A stretch of 62,349 nt of DNA from a virus (IMGVR_UViG_3300028388_005459:1-62349); one strand, 5' to 3'. Shown: positions 27,915-38,099, numbered from the stretch's first letter. Made by a program: numbers and translations. The notes: a model not told the origin generated them from the letters alone.

Positions 27915-28688
27915 ATGCCAAGAACAAATCGCGCTATCAAACAATCAGACCCGCGCCCCCCTTTCTGGCGCGAAAACGCAGGCGTCGGAAGCGATTATGG
28001 ATCAGAGCTATACCGGCGGAGGGCATGTTTAACGAGAGTCGATCCAGACCCTCCGCCCGAGAATAGCAGAGTTTGGATCATAGGAGGAGGCCCGAGTCTC
28101 GCTAAAATGGCTGGATGCTTTGAAAATGTCCACGTTTCCTTTCGACCCTTTATTATTGGAGAGTTCTTGTCTCCAATCCGGGACGATCTTGTGATTGCGG
28201 TCAACGAGTCGTGGCGCATCGCTGATTGGGTCGATATCACTTTTTGGGGCGATTGTCGATGGGGCAAGCGCGCGATTCTCAGAAAGGAATTTCTCGATCA
28301 TCCCAGCCTCAAGGTAACATGCTGTCATATCCCAGAGAATGTCCCCGCGGGCGCGATTATGTTGGGGAGGACGAAACAAGTGGAGCCTCGCCTTGATTTC
28401 GCATATTGGAATTCGAACGCGGGCGCGAGCGCGCTTGTCTTGGGCGCTTGTCTCGCTCGGCAGGTGATCCTTTTGGGATTCGACATGAAGCGGAAGGGGC
28501 CGGACAATAATTGGCACCGTTATCACGGACGTTCTCCAAAGACGAGCGCTTATCTGACCTACAAACAGGACTTTTACGAAATCGAGGATGCTTTGCAGAA
28601 ATGGCCCTGGGCCGTTGACGTTATCAATGCCACGCCAAAATCAGCGTTGCGCGCCTTCCGCAGCGTCGACTATAAGGATTTGATTTGA
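27915..28688 (+). CDS. Maf/DUF115-like (sialyltransferase-like fold) putative glycosyltransferase 1
   Basis: IIGGGPSL, IAVN, NSNAG, VILLGFDM, VINAT; start uncertain. Confidence 0.65.
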   Translation: MPRTNRAIKQSDPRPPFWRENAGVGSDYGSELYRRRACLTRVDPDPPPENSRVWIIGGGPSLAKMAGCFENVHVSFRPFIIGEFLSPIRDDLVIAVNESWRIADWVDITFWGDCRWGKRAILRKEFLDHPSLKVTCCHIPENVPAGAIMLGRTKQVEPRLDFAYWNSNAGASALVLGACLARQVILLGFDMKRKGPDNNWHRYHGRSPKTSAYLTYKQDFYEIEDALQKWPWAVDVINATPKSALRAFRSVDYKDLI

Positions 28689-30475
28689 GCCAATGCGCGT
28701 GCCATATCGCTGTCAATCAGGCAGCAGCCCACAACGTCGCGCTTAATTACGACCCGACGCGCACCATAACCTTGCGTCGGCGTTGGTCTCAGGATATGGC
28801 GGGCAGATTCATTCGCGTTCGCGCCGCAGTTAGAGAGGCTGTGGTCGACAATGACGTATTGGGACTGACAGACAGCCGCCTCCCCATCAATGTCGTTTCG
28901 CGCAATCAGCAGCTTGAAATCCCAGGATTCAAGGCGTATGACTTCCCGAGGGCGAGCGAGAAGGTCGACGCGTTTATGTCCTGGCTCCGCGAGATGGCAA
29001 ATAAAGAGATCATGGGCGAGGCAGCGTGGGAGGCTGGACGTCGAACAGGAGAGAGGCGCTTGCTTCGCTCTGCGGATCAGCGCTGGACTGACGTATATGT
29101 CAGGACTGCTTACCAGCGAGGAATCGCGCACGGAAGACGAGAACTGAACAAGGTTGGGATCCCAGTCCCTGCCAAAGACCAGGATATTCGAGCCGCGTTT
29201 AATCAACCGTTCCATGCTGAGCGTGTGGGCTTGCTGTATTCTCGGGTTTTTACGGACTTGAGGGGCGTTACAGACGCGATGGCTCAGCAAATGTCCCGAG
29301 TGTTGGCACAAGGACTCGCTGAAGGTATTAACCCGCGTCAGATGGCGCGGAATCTGAGCGGGCGCGTTGACAAGATCGGGATCACAAGGGCAAGGACGAT
29401 TGCAAGGACGGAAACGATTCGCGCCCAAGCCGAAGCCGCCATAAACGAGTATGAGGCGGCGGGCATCGATCAGATCGATCTTAAGGTGGAGTGGGCAACG
29501 GCGGGCTTTAATGTCTGTCCTATTTGCATAAGACTTGCTGGGCGAGGACCATATACGACGCGAGAGATCAGAGGCATGATCCCTGCCCACCCCAATTGTC
29601 GCTGCGCTCCCATTCCTCACACTCGAGGGATACGAGAGCAGACGCGAGAGCGCTTGCAAGAAGCGCAACCAGCGCCCAAGCCGAAGCCGAAGCCGAAGCC
29701 AGCGCCTACGGCGCCTCAAGTCCCGCAGAGAGTAAGGGGAGAAGTGACGGCGCAGATCGCGAGGGCGGATCTCGCGAGGCTTAATACCTACGGCGATATT
29801 GAAAAATATCTGAACGACTATATCCCAAGTGAGTATCCCATAAAAGGGAAGAGATTCAAACTTGGCGCAGATATGGGGATTATAAACGCGCGCAGAATCT
29901 CCACCGAAATATTCGATCTTAACGACAACTTTCCCGAATTCACGCGCACACTCAAAGGGATTGACTTTACGAAGGCGACAAAGACAAGCGAGGGAAAACA
30001 GGCGTTCGGAATGTATTACGGCGGCAAGCAGAAAATGAGTATCCACGTGGACTATTTTACCAAAAAGAAGCTGAGCGCGAAAAAGCATGGCGTCAAGGTA
30101 GGCTGGTCAGTTTACTGTCCAGATTCGGATTTGTGGCGATACACTCTAAATCACGAGTTTGGACACCATGTTGATCGAATGTTGGGCCTGAATGCCAAAC
30201 ATTACAGATATCGGGACTGGATAATTGACAATAAGGGAGGCAAGATTGTCAGCGAATATGCCTCCACAAGGTCTGCGGAAACTTTTGCCGAGCTTTTCGC
30301 GTCAATGCGCGTTTCGGGAGACATGAAGGGCCCGGCGGTGGATGATTTCGTTCACTATCTTTCTTTTGTGCGGCGAGTGATGAATGAGGGCTTGGAAGTG
30401 TCGGTTGCAGAATACAGAGACCAGCTTCGCCCCTTGCTCGAGAAATTAGGGATGAAAGAGAAAGCGGGATTTTAG
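28685..30475 (+). CDS. MuF/SPP1 gp7 minor head protein with C-terminal zincin-like domain
   Basis: RARTIARTE, VCPIC, PAHPNCRC, Pro-Lys linker, HEFGH...SEYA...ETFAE. Confidence 0.9.
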   Translation: MSQCACHIAVNQAAAHNVALNYDPTRTITLRRRWSQDMAGRFIRVRAAVREAVVDNDVLGLTDSRLPINVVSRNQQLEIPGFKAYDFPRASEKVDAFMSWLREMANKEIMGEAAWEAGRRTGERRLLRSADQRWTDVYVRTAYQRGIAHGRRELNKVGIPVPAKDQDIRAAFNQPFHAERVGLLYSRVFTDLRGVTDAMAQQMSRVLAQGLAEGINPRQMARNLSGRVDKIGITRARTIARTETIRAQAEAAINEYEAAGIDQIDLKVEWATAGFNVCPICIRLAGRGPYTTREIRGMIPAHPNCRCAPIPHTRGIREQTRERLQEAQPAPKPKPKPKPAPTAPQVPQRVRGEVTAQIARADLARLNTYGDIEKYLNDYIPSEYPIKGKRFKLGADMGIINARRISTEIFDLNDNFPEFTRTLKGIDFTKATKTSEGKQAFGMYYGGKQKMSIHVDYFTKKKLSAKKHGVKVGWSVYCPDSDLWRYTLNHEFGHHVDRMLGLNAKHYRYRDWIIDNKGGKIVSEYASTRSAETFAELFASMRVSGDMKGPAVDDFVHYLSFVRRVMNEGLEVSVAEYRDQLRPLLEKLGMKEKAGF

Positions 30476-30486
30476 GAGGAAACAAG

Positions 30487-30732
30487 ATGGAACCTATCCA
30501 ACCAATTTGCAGCTTTTGCGAGCACAAACGACGAGGGACTTTTTGCGATGCTTTTCCGGACGGGATTCCGGAGGACATTCTGCTTTCTGAAGTGTTGCAT
30601 ACTGAGCCAATCGAGGGAGACTCGGGAATCGTCTTCAGGCCCGAAATGCCTCTGCCCGATTGGTATCAAGATTTTTTGACGCCCGAACAGCTTGGCGTGC
30701 TGAGTCGAGTTGAAGGGGCGCTGGAGGAGTAA
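30487..30732 (+). CDS. small Cys/His protein after MuF, candidate immunity protein
   Basis: CxxCxH...CDAFPDGIP...H.EP..GD.GIVF; AGGAGG RBS. Confidence 0.65.
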   Translation: MEPIQPICSFCEHKRRGTFCDAFPDGIPEDILLSEVLHTEPIEGDSGIVFRPEMPLPDWYQDFLTPEQLGVLSRVEGALEE

Positions 30733-30733
30733 C

Positions 30734-32494
30734 ATGCCTTTGCCTGTCCCGAGACGAGGAGAGAGCGGCGCAGAATTTTTGGATCGCTGTATGGGCTCGT
30801 CAACTATGGCCAGCGAGTTTCCAGACGAAAGCCAGCGGGCGGCCGTGTGTCATAGTCAGCTTTCGCAGCAGAGCGCAAGCGCGAAATTTGGCTGCTATCA
30901 TTCGCGCTCTATCGCTCAACCGCGACAAGAGAACTACCAACAGCGCCCCCATCTTGTCGCGCCTGTCGTCTTGCTGACTGAAGGAGTCCATCACTCAGTC
31001 AACATGGGGCGCATTCTGCACACTCGAGAAGAATTGCAGAGGTTTCCTGGCGCGTGGAATGGGCGCCCGGTGACAGTTCACCATCCAACAGATTCCGCCT
31101 CAGCGAGTCCCGCCACGCTGGAGCAAGTGCAAATCGGGACTCTCTTTGGCGTCCACTATACAGACGAAAATGGGCCTCCGCGTCTCGTTGGCGAGATTTG
31201 GGTGGACATTAACAAAGCAGCGAAGCAAGCGCCAGGCTTGCTCGACGCTTTGCAAGGTGGAGAGCGAGTGGAAGTGTCTACGGGCGTTTTTCACGACAGG
31301 CTGCCACACAACGGAGTCTGGAACGAAGAGGCTTACGAGTCGATAGCAGAAGGATACCGCCCCGACCATCTCGCTCTCTTGCCTGGCGCTCGAGGGGCTT
31401 GCAGTTGGGAGGACGGATGCGGGACTCCGCGACTAAACGAAGAAGGAGGAGAAGTGACAAAGAAAAATAGCCAGCCCGAGACTTCGCAGAGCGAAGATCA
31501 AGGCGAGGGGCAGAGCGCGACGAAGGATGGTCTTTTGGCCAAACTTCGAAAGGCGCTTGGCTGGAGCCCGCCGGAGCCAGATGAGAATATGAGCGCTTTT
31601 AAGACGCTCATGGCGGAAATGTCTCCGGCGGTTATCAATGCAGAACCCGAATATTCTGGCCTGGCAAACGCGATTCAGCGGTCCTTAGATCGCATGGATC
31701 GAGAAGGAAAGCTGCACTTTCTTGAGGCGCTGTATGAAGATTTTTACGTCTATCGCGTCGCGACGCCTGATGGCGAGTTTTATTTCAAGCAGACTTACAG
31801 CGTAACAGACAACGGATTTGCGAACACTGGGGACCCGGTCCCCGTGACGAAGCAAGTAACGTGGCTCGAGCCCGAGCTTGGACAGCAGAGGGAAGGAGCC
31901 CAATACAAAGAAGGAGAAGAGACTATGGACGTTAAGGAGATGGTCGACAAGATCATTGCCAATAGCAATGGCCTTTTTGGCAACGAAGATCGCGAGCACT
32001 TGGCGCAGCTTTGCCCTGACACTCTCAAGGGGAAGCTGGCAGCGCTGGAAGGCGCTGACGAGAGCGCGCCCGACAACAACAACGACGACAACCCGGCCGA
32101 CGAGGGCGCCGACGACGAAGGAGGAAAGAAGGCCGCCGCGCCTGCGCAAATGTCCGAAGAGGAATATCTGCAATCTCTTCCGCCGCGCGTCGCTGCTGCG
32201 CTCAATAAGAGTCTCGAAGAAGAAAAGCGCCGCCGCGCTCAGTTGATCACTCATCTGGAAAACGCGCCGGCTTGCAATCTCTCTCGAGATCAGCTTGAGG
32301 CTCTTGACGAGACCGCGCTTTACGCCATGTTTACTATGGCGTATCCCGTGAATCAAGACGAGCCGCAGCTTCCCCCCGCCAACTACGCGCTGCGCGGGGG
32401 CGGCGGCGGGCAGCGCGATGACAATGTTCCGGTCCTGAATCTCGATGAAGATTATGATCGAGTGTTCGGGCCGAAGAAAAGGGAGGATGCCTAA
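30734..32494 (+). CDS. DUF2213-like head maturation protease/scaffold
   Basis: WNGRPVTVHHP, EVSTG, PDHLALLP, GACS..DGCG; acidic C-terminus. Confidence 0.8.
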   Translation: MPLPVPRRGESGAEFLDRCMGSSTMASEFPDESQRAAVCHSQLSQQSASAKFGCYHSRSIAQPRQENYQQRPHLVAPVVLLTEGVHHSVNMGRILHTREELQRFPGAWNGRPVTVHHPTDSASASPATLEQVQIGTLFGVHYTDENGPPRLVGEIWVDINKAAKQAPGLLDALQGGERVEVSTGVFHDRLPHNGVWNEEAYESIAEGYRPDHLALLPGARGACSWEDGCGTPRLNEEGGEVTKKNSQPETSQSEDQGEGQSATKDGLLAKLRKALGWSPPEPDENMSAFKTLMAEMSPAVINAEPEYSGLANAIQRSLDRMDREGKLHFLEALYEDFYVYRVATPDGEFYFKQTYSVTDNGFANTGDPVPVTKQVTWLEPELGQQREGAQYKEGEETMDVKEMVDKIIANSNGLFGNEDREHLAQLCPDTLKGKLAALEGADESAPDNNNDDNPADEGADDEGGKKAAAPAQMSEEEYLQSLPPRVAAALNKSLEEEKRRRAQLITHLENAPACNLSRDQLEALDETALYAMFTMAYPVNQDEPQLPPANYALRGGGGGQRDDNVPVLNLDEDYDRVFGPKKREDA

Positions 32495-32973
32495 TGGCTC
32501 GAAACAAGGTTATCGTTCGCGGCGGGGAGGGAGGCAAGCGCAACTTTATTGTTGGCGCTCAGGTCTACCCCGGAGAACTGGTTGAAATCTACAACGACAG
32601 CGGGACGCTGAAGATCAAGCCGCATAGCGGCGCTGAGCAGCCCGCGGTCAAAGCGTTCGTTCTCGAAGACCGGAACGAAGGTCGAACGGTCGACGACGCG
32701 ATTGCTGTTGGCGAGCTGGCGGAAGTCTATTTCGCTCTGCCCGGCGACGCGATTCAGGCCCGCATCTCGAACGGCCAGGACGTCACCATCGGGAACAAGG
32801 TCGAATCCGCGGGAGATGGTCGCTTGCAAGCGTTTACGGCGGATACTTGGGCGTCGGCCGATACGGGCACGATTTATCCCCAGGTCATTGTCGGCCAGGC
32901 GGAAGCGACAGTCACCATGTCCGGCTCGAGCGGCGAGGACCCGGATGGGTTCTGCATCATCACTATTTGGTAA
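32494..32973 (+). CDS. head decoration/cement protein
   Basis: Position between scaffold and capsid genes; YPGELV. Confidence 0.6.
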   Translation: MARNKVIVRGGEGGKRNFIVGAQVYPGELVEIYNDSGTLKIKPHSGAEQPAVKAFVLEDRNEGRTVDDAIAVGELAEVYFALPGDAIQARISNGQDVTIGNKVESAGDGRLQAFTADTWASADTGTIYPQVIVGQAEATVTMSGSSGEDPDGFCIITIW

Positions 32974-32985
32974 GGAGGATTTAGC

Positions 32986-34095
32986 ATGTCTTTAGAACTT
33001 GGCTTCATGTCAGCAGATCCCGGCGGGGGATTCTCTTATTCTGGCAATATCGCTAAGCGATTGCTGGAGACGGATTTCAATGTCCACACTTTGCGCCCGT
33101 TTTCTTACAACGGTTCGAGCTATATTAAGGCCGTCGACAAGAAGACGGGCAAATATAAAGCGCAGCGGATTGCTCAGAATGCGGCGACGCTGCGCCACGA
33201 GGAATGGAAGGAATACGACCGCGCCGTTGTCGAAGTGTCGCGCCAGCGGCTTCGTCTCGCGGGTGACTTGATGGATGCGGGACTCGTCTATAATCTGGGC
33301 GACGCCTTCGGGACTCTGAACTTGTTCTGGGAATCGATGAGCGATATTGGGGCGGCGACCGTATCGAAATCGGCCCGGATTATGATGCAGCAAGATCAGC
33401 CCGAAGTGACTGAGCACAACTTGCCCATCCCGATCATCTCTTATGGATTCGAGCTGGACGCGCGCACCTTGCGGGCTTCTCGCAAGATGGGCAACCCGCT
33501 CGATACGACGATGGTCCGCTACGCTACGAGGAAAGTGATTGAGGCCGTCGAGAACATGGTGATTGACGGGAAAGATCCCGACGACAACACCATCAAATTC
33601 AAGAACGGCACGGTCTATGGGTATACGACAGACCCGAACGTCAACACCGTAACCCTCAGCGAGAATTGGGACGCCAGCGGGAAGACAGGGAAAGAGATCG
33701 TTACCGAAGTTCTCGATCTCGTCCAATCTTCCATTGACGCTCGACACTATGGCCCGTGGTGGCTGTATGTCCCGACGGCGTATCAAACGAAGCTGGATGA
33801 AGACTACAGCGACAACAAGGGCAGCAACACGATCCGCCAGCGAATCGAAGCCATCGACGGTCTGGGCGCCGGATCCGTCCGTGTCGCGGACTTTCTGCCC
33901 GACGACACCGTCTGTCTCATCGAGCGCAACGCTGAAGTGAATCAGATGGTCGTCGGCTTCCTGCCCCGAATGGTGGAATGGAGCACTTACGGCGGTAGCG
34001 AAGCGCTGATGACTCAGTATGCCGTGATCGCGGTCATGGTCCCGCGCATTCGAGGCGATTTTAACAATCGCTCCGGCAACGTCGTGTTGTCGTAA
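32986..34095 (+). CDS. major capsid protein (HK97 fold, encapsulin/linocin-like)
   Basis: 369 aa; TLRHEEWKEYD, LPIPII, PLDT, YGPWWLY; AAGGAGG RBS. Confidence 0.85.
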   Translation: MSLELGFMSADPGGGFSYSGNIAKRLLETDFNVHTLRPFSYNGSSYIKAVDKKTGKYKAQRIAQNAATLRHEEWKEYDRAVVEVSRQRLRLAGDLMDAGLVYNLGDAFGTLNLFWESMSDIGAATVSKSARIMMQQDQPEVTEHNLPIPIISYGFELDARTLRASRKMGNPLDTTMVRYATRKVIEAVENMVIDGKDPDDNTIKFKNGTVYGYTTDPNVNTVTLSENWDASGKTGKEIVTEVLDLVQSSIDARHYGPWWLYVPTAYQTKLDEDYSDNKGSNTIRQRIEAIDGLGAGSVRVADFLPDDTVCLIERNAEVNQMVVGFLPRMVEWSTYGGSEALMTQYAVIAVMVPRIRGDFNNRSGNVVLS

Positions 34096-34136
34096 GACGA
34101 CAGACCACTTGCCGAGAAGACAGAAAGGAAAAGGAA

Positions 34137-34574
34137 ATGAGCGACAGTGACAAGATTGAAGTCAGAATCAAGCCGGGATTCGGCCCCCACAAGCATGCGG
34201 GTCGAATTTACCGGCCAGGCGATACTCTCACGGTCGACAGGGCAGAATTGATGGTCCTTGAGGGTGATTCGTGGAAATTCAAACCGCCCTACGCCAGCAA
34301 GTTCGATCTCGTCAGAGGAGAGACGACAGAGCCCGAGCCTACAAGGGTCGCTGTCTTTAATCTGCAACCGACTGGCGGGGGATATTATAACATCTACAAC
34401 GCCAATGACGTCGCGCTCTTTCCGAAGCACAAACGATGGGCTGAAGCGAGCGCGATTTATGAGAATCTGACCGGTGAGGAGGCTTCGAGGGATGAAATCG
34501 ACGGCACCGGACAGAGCGAGCCCGAAACTGAAACTGAAACTGAAACTCCCGATCCTTACGAGGAAGGGGAATAA
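34137..34574 (+). CDS. hypothetical protein after the capsid gene
   Basis: RBS present; acidic ETETET tail. Confidence 0.7.
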   Translation: MSDSDKIEVRIKPGFGPHKHAGRIYRPGDTLTVDRAELMVLEGDSWKFKPPYASKFDLVRGETTEPEPTRVAVFNLQPTGGGYYNIYNANDVALFPKHKRWAEASAIYENLTGEEASRDEIDGTGQSEPETETETETPDPYEEGE

Positions 34575-34575
34575 G

Positions 34576-35280
34576 ATGCCGACCGCCGCCTATTGGGAGC
34601 CAGTGCCTCTCTTTCGTGGTGAGACTGTCTTTTTGATAGGCGGCGGCCCGAGCTTGCGCAAGCGCGCGGGCATTGACGAGAAAGAAAAGAATCGAGACAG
34701 AATTTACGAGGCAGTGTCTGATTCGTTGGCGCCCATTCATGATCGAGCAGTGATCGGGATCAATAGCGCATATCGTCTGGGCAATTGGGTGAACGTTCTC
34801 GCTTTTGGAGATCAGGCATGGTGGCAGAAATGGAGAAAAGATATTGCAGAGAGATATACTGGCATTGTCGTAACATCTTGGGCAAATCTCAATGTTGGAT
34901 TTGGCTTTGCTAAGGTGATGAAGCGCGTTAATCGGGGATTTTATCGAGACGGGTTGTCCCTTGGGTGGAATGCTTGCACCGGAAACATGGCAATCAATCT
35001 CGCTGTCCAGCTTGGAGCGACGAGAGTGGTTTTGATCGGGTATGATGGAGGAGTGTCGGGCTCGTGGGCAAACTGGCATAATGACAACCCGCAGAGTTTC
35101 CGCCCCCATCCTCCCAAAGATCAAGAAAATGTCAATGCGCGATATCTGAGGTTTTTGGCGTCTGCGCGCGATGTAGTAAAAGGCTGCGATAGAGAAAGAG
35201 TTGAAGTCATTGCCGCAGAACCAACCGCCTATCGATTTTGGGAGACAGTCCCCTTTGAGGATGCGACAAATGGTTTCTAA
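34576..35280 (+). CDS. Maf/DUF115-like putative glycosyltransferase 2
   Basis: LIGGGPSL, VIGIN, D..WW, TGNMAINLA, VVLIGYD. Confidence 0.7.
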   Translation: MPTAAYWEPVPLFRGETVFLIGGGPSLRKRAGIDEKEKNRDRIYEAVSDSLAPIHDRAVIGINSAYRLGNWVNVLAFGDQAWWQKWRKDIAERYTGIVVTSWANLNVGFGFAKVMKRVNRGFYRDGLSLGWNACTGNMAINLAVQLGATRVVLIGYDGGVSGSWANWHNDNPQSFRPHPPKDQENVNARYLRFLASARDVVKGCDRERVEVIAAEPTAYRFWETVPFEDATNGF

Positions 35281-35785
35281 CGCGTTTTTTTTGACTGCCG
35301 GCCCTCTCACCAGAGAACTGCCTACGATTGCAGTTGTGAGCCAAGCTCAGATTCTGAGCGACGGTTTGACGATCATCATTGGCGCGGGGTGGGAGAGACG
35401 CAAAGAGGAATATGAATATTATAAGCAAGCAAGCGCTCGATTCGCTCAATTGTCAGAGCGCGCAGGCGAGGGGTCTTTTCTTGTGCGGCGCGACGTTTGC
35501 GCAATCGGGACAAACTCTGTCGTCCTGTCGACGAGCATTTCCCCATCCGCAAGAATCGGGTCTCATTGTTGGATTGAATATGGCGTTACGATTGGAGCGC
35601 GCGCGCAGATCGGGAATTGCGTTAAAATCTGCGCGGGCGCGATTATAGGTGAAGGGATTCGCATTGGTGATGGATGCGTAATCGATCAAGGAGCCAACGT
35701 CAGGGCATTTGTCGGCGAAAACGCGCTTGTCGTTGGGAACCCGGGGCGATTCGTTAGATCGATTCAGAGAGGAAAAAATGGTTAA
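35270..35785 (+). CDS. hexapeptide-repeat acyltransferase (NeuD/PglD-like)
   Basis: Left-handed beta-helix repeats; VVGNPGR. Confidence 0.75.
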   Translation: MVSNAFFLTAGPLTRELPTIAVVSQAQILSDGLTIIIGAGWERRKEEYEYYKQASARFAQLSERAGEGSFLVRRDVCAIGTNSVVLSTSISPSARIGSHCWIEYGVTIGARAQIGNCVKICAGAIIGEGIRIGDGCVIDQGANVRAFVGENALVVGNPGRFVRSIQRGKNG

Positions 35786-36356
35786 ATATCTCTATGGAAA
35801 AGACGCGCATTGTGGCTTGAACACGGAGATATCTCCGTCCGCCGCTATCGCTCCATCTGCAAGATTGGGGTCCTATTGCGTTGTCGGCAATAACGTCGTT
35901 ATTGATGAGAATGTCGTTATTGGCGATGGAGTGAAGATTTGGCACAACACTATCGTGAGGAATGATGTCAAGATCGGTGACGGAGTGACGCTTGGGAACG
36001 CTGTCTTGATCGAGCAGGGCACGAGAATCGGCGAATGGACGACAATCCAGAGCCAGTGCCATATCACGGGGTGGGCGCTTATCGAGTCGAAATGCTATTT
36101 TGGCCCGGCGGCGTGCTGCATAAACGAAACGCATATTGCAGCGCATGGCCGCTGTCAGAAAAACATTCGCGGACCTTATATCCGTCACGGCGCGAGAGTC
36201 GGCGCGCGCTCGGTTATTTTGCCGGGAGTGACGATTGGCATCAATGCGTATCTTGGCGCGGGCGCTGTCGCTACAAAAGACGTTCCAGACACTCAGATTT
36301 GGGTTGGGAATCCCGCAAAATATTTGCGAGACGTTCCCCCCGCTGAGCGAGTTTAA
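35778..36356 (+). CDS. hexapeptide-repeat N/O-acetyltransferase
   Basis: ILPGVTIG, GAGAVATKDVP, VGNPAK. Confidence 0.88.
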   Translation: MVKYLYGKDAHCGLNTEISPSAAIAPSARLGSYCVVGNNVVIDENVVIGDGVKIWHNTIVRNDVKIGDGVTLGNAVLIEQGTRIGEWTTIQSQCHITGWALIESKCYFGPAACCINETHIAAHGRCQKNIRGPYIRHGARVGARSVILPGVTIGINAYLGAGAVATKDVPDTQIWVGNPAKYLRDVPPAERV

Positions 36357-36381
36357 GCGAGACTTGCGGAAGGAAAAAGAA

Positions 36382-37047
36382 ATGGAAAAAATCAACATTA
36401 CATGCGTTTACAAAACTGGCGGCGATTATGACGCGCGCTATGTCGAAGCGCTTACCCATCAAATGGAAGCGATTGGAGCATATCGCGTTGCGCGTCTTGT
36501 CTGCTTGACTGATGACCGATCGATTTTCAAAATGCCAGGAGTGACGGCGATTGAACTTGAAAATGGGTGGCCGGGCTGGTGGAGTGTGCCTGAGGTTTAT
36601 CGAGTGACAGGGCCGACGATGGTGGTTGGTCTCGATCATGTCTTTCTCACTCCAATTGATCATTTCGCAGCCACCATTTTCTCGCTCGAGCAGAGCGATT
36701 TTGTCATGATGCGGGCGTTTGCGAAGAAACGTCTTTGGGCCAGCGGGATCATGGCGTGGAATGGAGACTGGCGCTGGCTGTATGATCGTTTTGATTACGA
36801 CGAGTGGAAAGATCATGAAGGCGGAGAGCAAGATTACACCCGCGATACGCTGATGGCGCTGGCTTATCGCGGAGAGGTTCAATTGCTGCCTGCCCAGCGC
36901 TGGCTTAGGCTCGTCAGCTATAAAAAGCATGTTCGAGGGAACCCAGCGATTATGGATGATGCAGATATGATCTTGTTCCACGGGCTCCCTCGTCCACACC
37001 AAGTCAAAGAGAAATGGGTGAAGAAGGCATGGCTCGGTCAGAGATAG
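36382..37047 (+). CDS. GT-A (GT8-like) glycosyltransferase
   Basis: CVYKTGGDY...VCLTD, PGWW, GLD, SGIMAW, GEQDY, FHGLPRPH. Confidence 0.8.
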   Translation: MEKINITCVYKTGGDYDARYVEALTHQMEAIGAYRVARLVCLTDDRSIFKMPGVTAIELENGWPGWWSVPEVYRVTGPTMVVGLDHVFLTPIDHFAATIFSLEQSDFVMMRAFAKKRLWASGIMAWNGDWRWLYDRFDYDEWKDHEGGEQDYTRDTLMALAYRGEVQLLPAQRWLRLVSYKKHVRGNPAIMDDADMILFHGLPRPHQVKEKWVKKAWLGQR

Positions 37048-37718
37048 ACATGAAAATAGAGGATGGAATCTTCATCACCGGTCCAGCGAGGAGCCGGACT
37101 TCTATGACGACAGAATTCATTTACTCGGCGGGCGCTTGGGGCGGGGACATTTTGCTTGCTAAAAGTCGCGAGAATCCGCGCGGATTTTTCGAGAATCTCG
37201 CCATTCGTCAGAATGTATCCAAGCCATTCTTGAAGCGGCATGGATTCGACCCGATGGGGCAGAATCCCCTCCCCGATCGAGACGCGATTGCTAAATGGAA
37301 AAATGATCTCGCCCTTCATCGAGAGATTCGCCAAAAAGTCTTCTCAATTCTCATTGATCAGGGATATAGCGGCGGCCCGTGGTTCTACAAAGGCGCGAAA
37401 ATGATCCTCATGTGGCCGGTGTGGAGATACGCTTTCCCGAATGCGAAGTGGATCTATGTCTGGCGAAACGAATTGCAGATTATCCAATCGTGCCTGCGCA
37501 CAAGATTCATGAAGGCTTATAAAGATGCAGAAGGCTGGAGGGGTTGGATTGCAGTTCATCAGCGGCGGCTTGCTGAGCTAATGTCAAGTGGAATTGATGT
37601 CCATCAATTCGATAGTGATTTGGCAGTTCAGGGAGATTATAATGAAGTTAGAAAGATGATACGCTTTTGTGGACTAAATATTGACGAATCGAAAATTGAC
37701 GAGATTATTATAAGGTAA
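37029..37718 (+). CDS. sulfotransferase-family protein
   Basis: ITGPARSRTS (5'-PSB-like loop), NPRGFFE, FPNAKWIYVWR...S; start 37029 or 37050. Confidence 0.75.
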   Translation: MARSEIDMKIEDGIFITGPARSRTSMTTEFIYSAGAWGGDILLAKSRENPRGFFENLAIRQNVSKPFLKRHGFDPMGQNPLPDRDAIAKWKNDLALHREIRQKVFSILIDQGYSGGPWFYKGAKMILMWPVWRYAFPNAKWIYVWRNELQIIQSCLRTRFMKAYKDAEGWRGWIAVHQRRLAELMSSGIDVHQFDSDLAVQGDYNEVRKMIRFCGLNIDESKIDEIIIR

Positions 37719-37730
37719 GGAGAAAGCGAG

Positions 37731-38099
37731 ATGGCGCGAGTGACAACGGACGAGGTTAAAGAGATTTTCAAAACGAGCCTGACGAACCTTAGCGCGTTCA
37801 TCACGGTGGCCAATCTCGTGGTGGAAAACAATCTCGCAAGCTCAGGGTATAGCGACGAGACGAAAAAAGAGATCGAGCGCTGGCTGGCGGCTCATTTCGC
37901 CTCTGTACGCTCTCCGACTCTCCGGTCCTATTCGTTGGGAGACGCGAGTGAGGCATATTCTCGCGGCAAGCTGGGCATCGGGCTCAGCTTTACAGAATTC
38001 GGACAGCAGGTCCGAATGCTCGATCACAAAGGGATTTTGAGCAGAATTGGGCAGCCTATCGCGCGCTTGCGCGTGATGACTCATTCGGTGGACGATTGA
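37731..38099 (+). CDS. head-tail adaptor
   Basis: WLAAH, T.FGQ; position. Confidence 0.7.
   Translation: MARVTTDEVKEIFKTSLTNLSAFITVANLVVENNLASSGYSDETKKEIERWLAAHFASVRSPTLRSYSLGDASEAYSRGKLGIGLSFTEFGQQVRMLDHKGILSRIGQPIARLRVMTHSVDD

Noticed and set aside
28670-30088. 472-aa minus-strand ORF and similar long antisense ORFs (31685-32356, 33010-33786, 34357-35310)
   Set aside because: Antisense to well-supported structural genes, with no motifs or RBS
32986-34095. Bacterial encapsulin or linocin bacteriocin
   Set aside because: Context (portal, protease, decoration, neck genes) identifies it as the phage capsid
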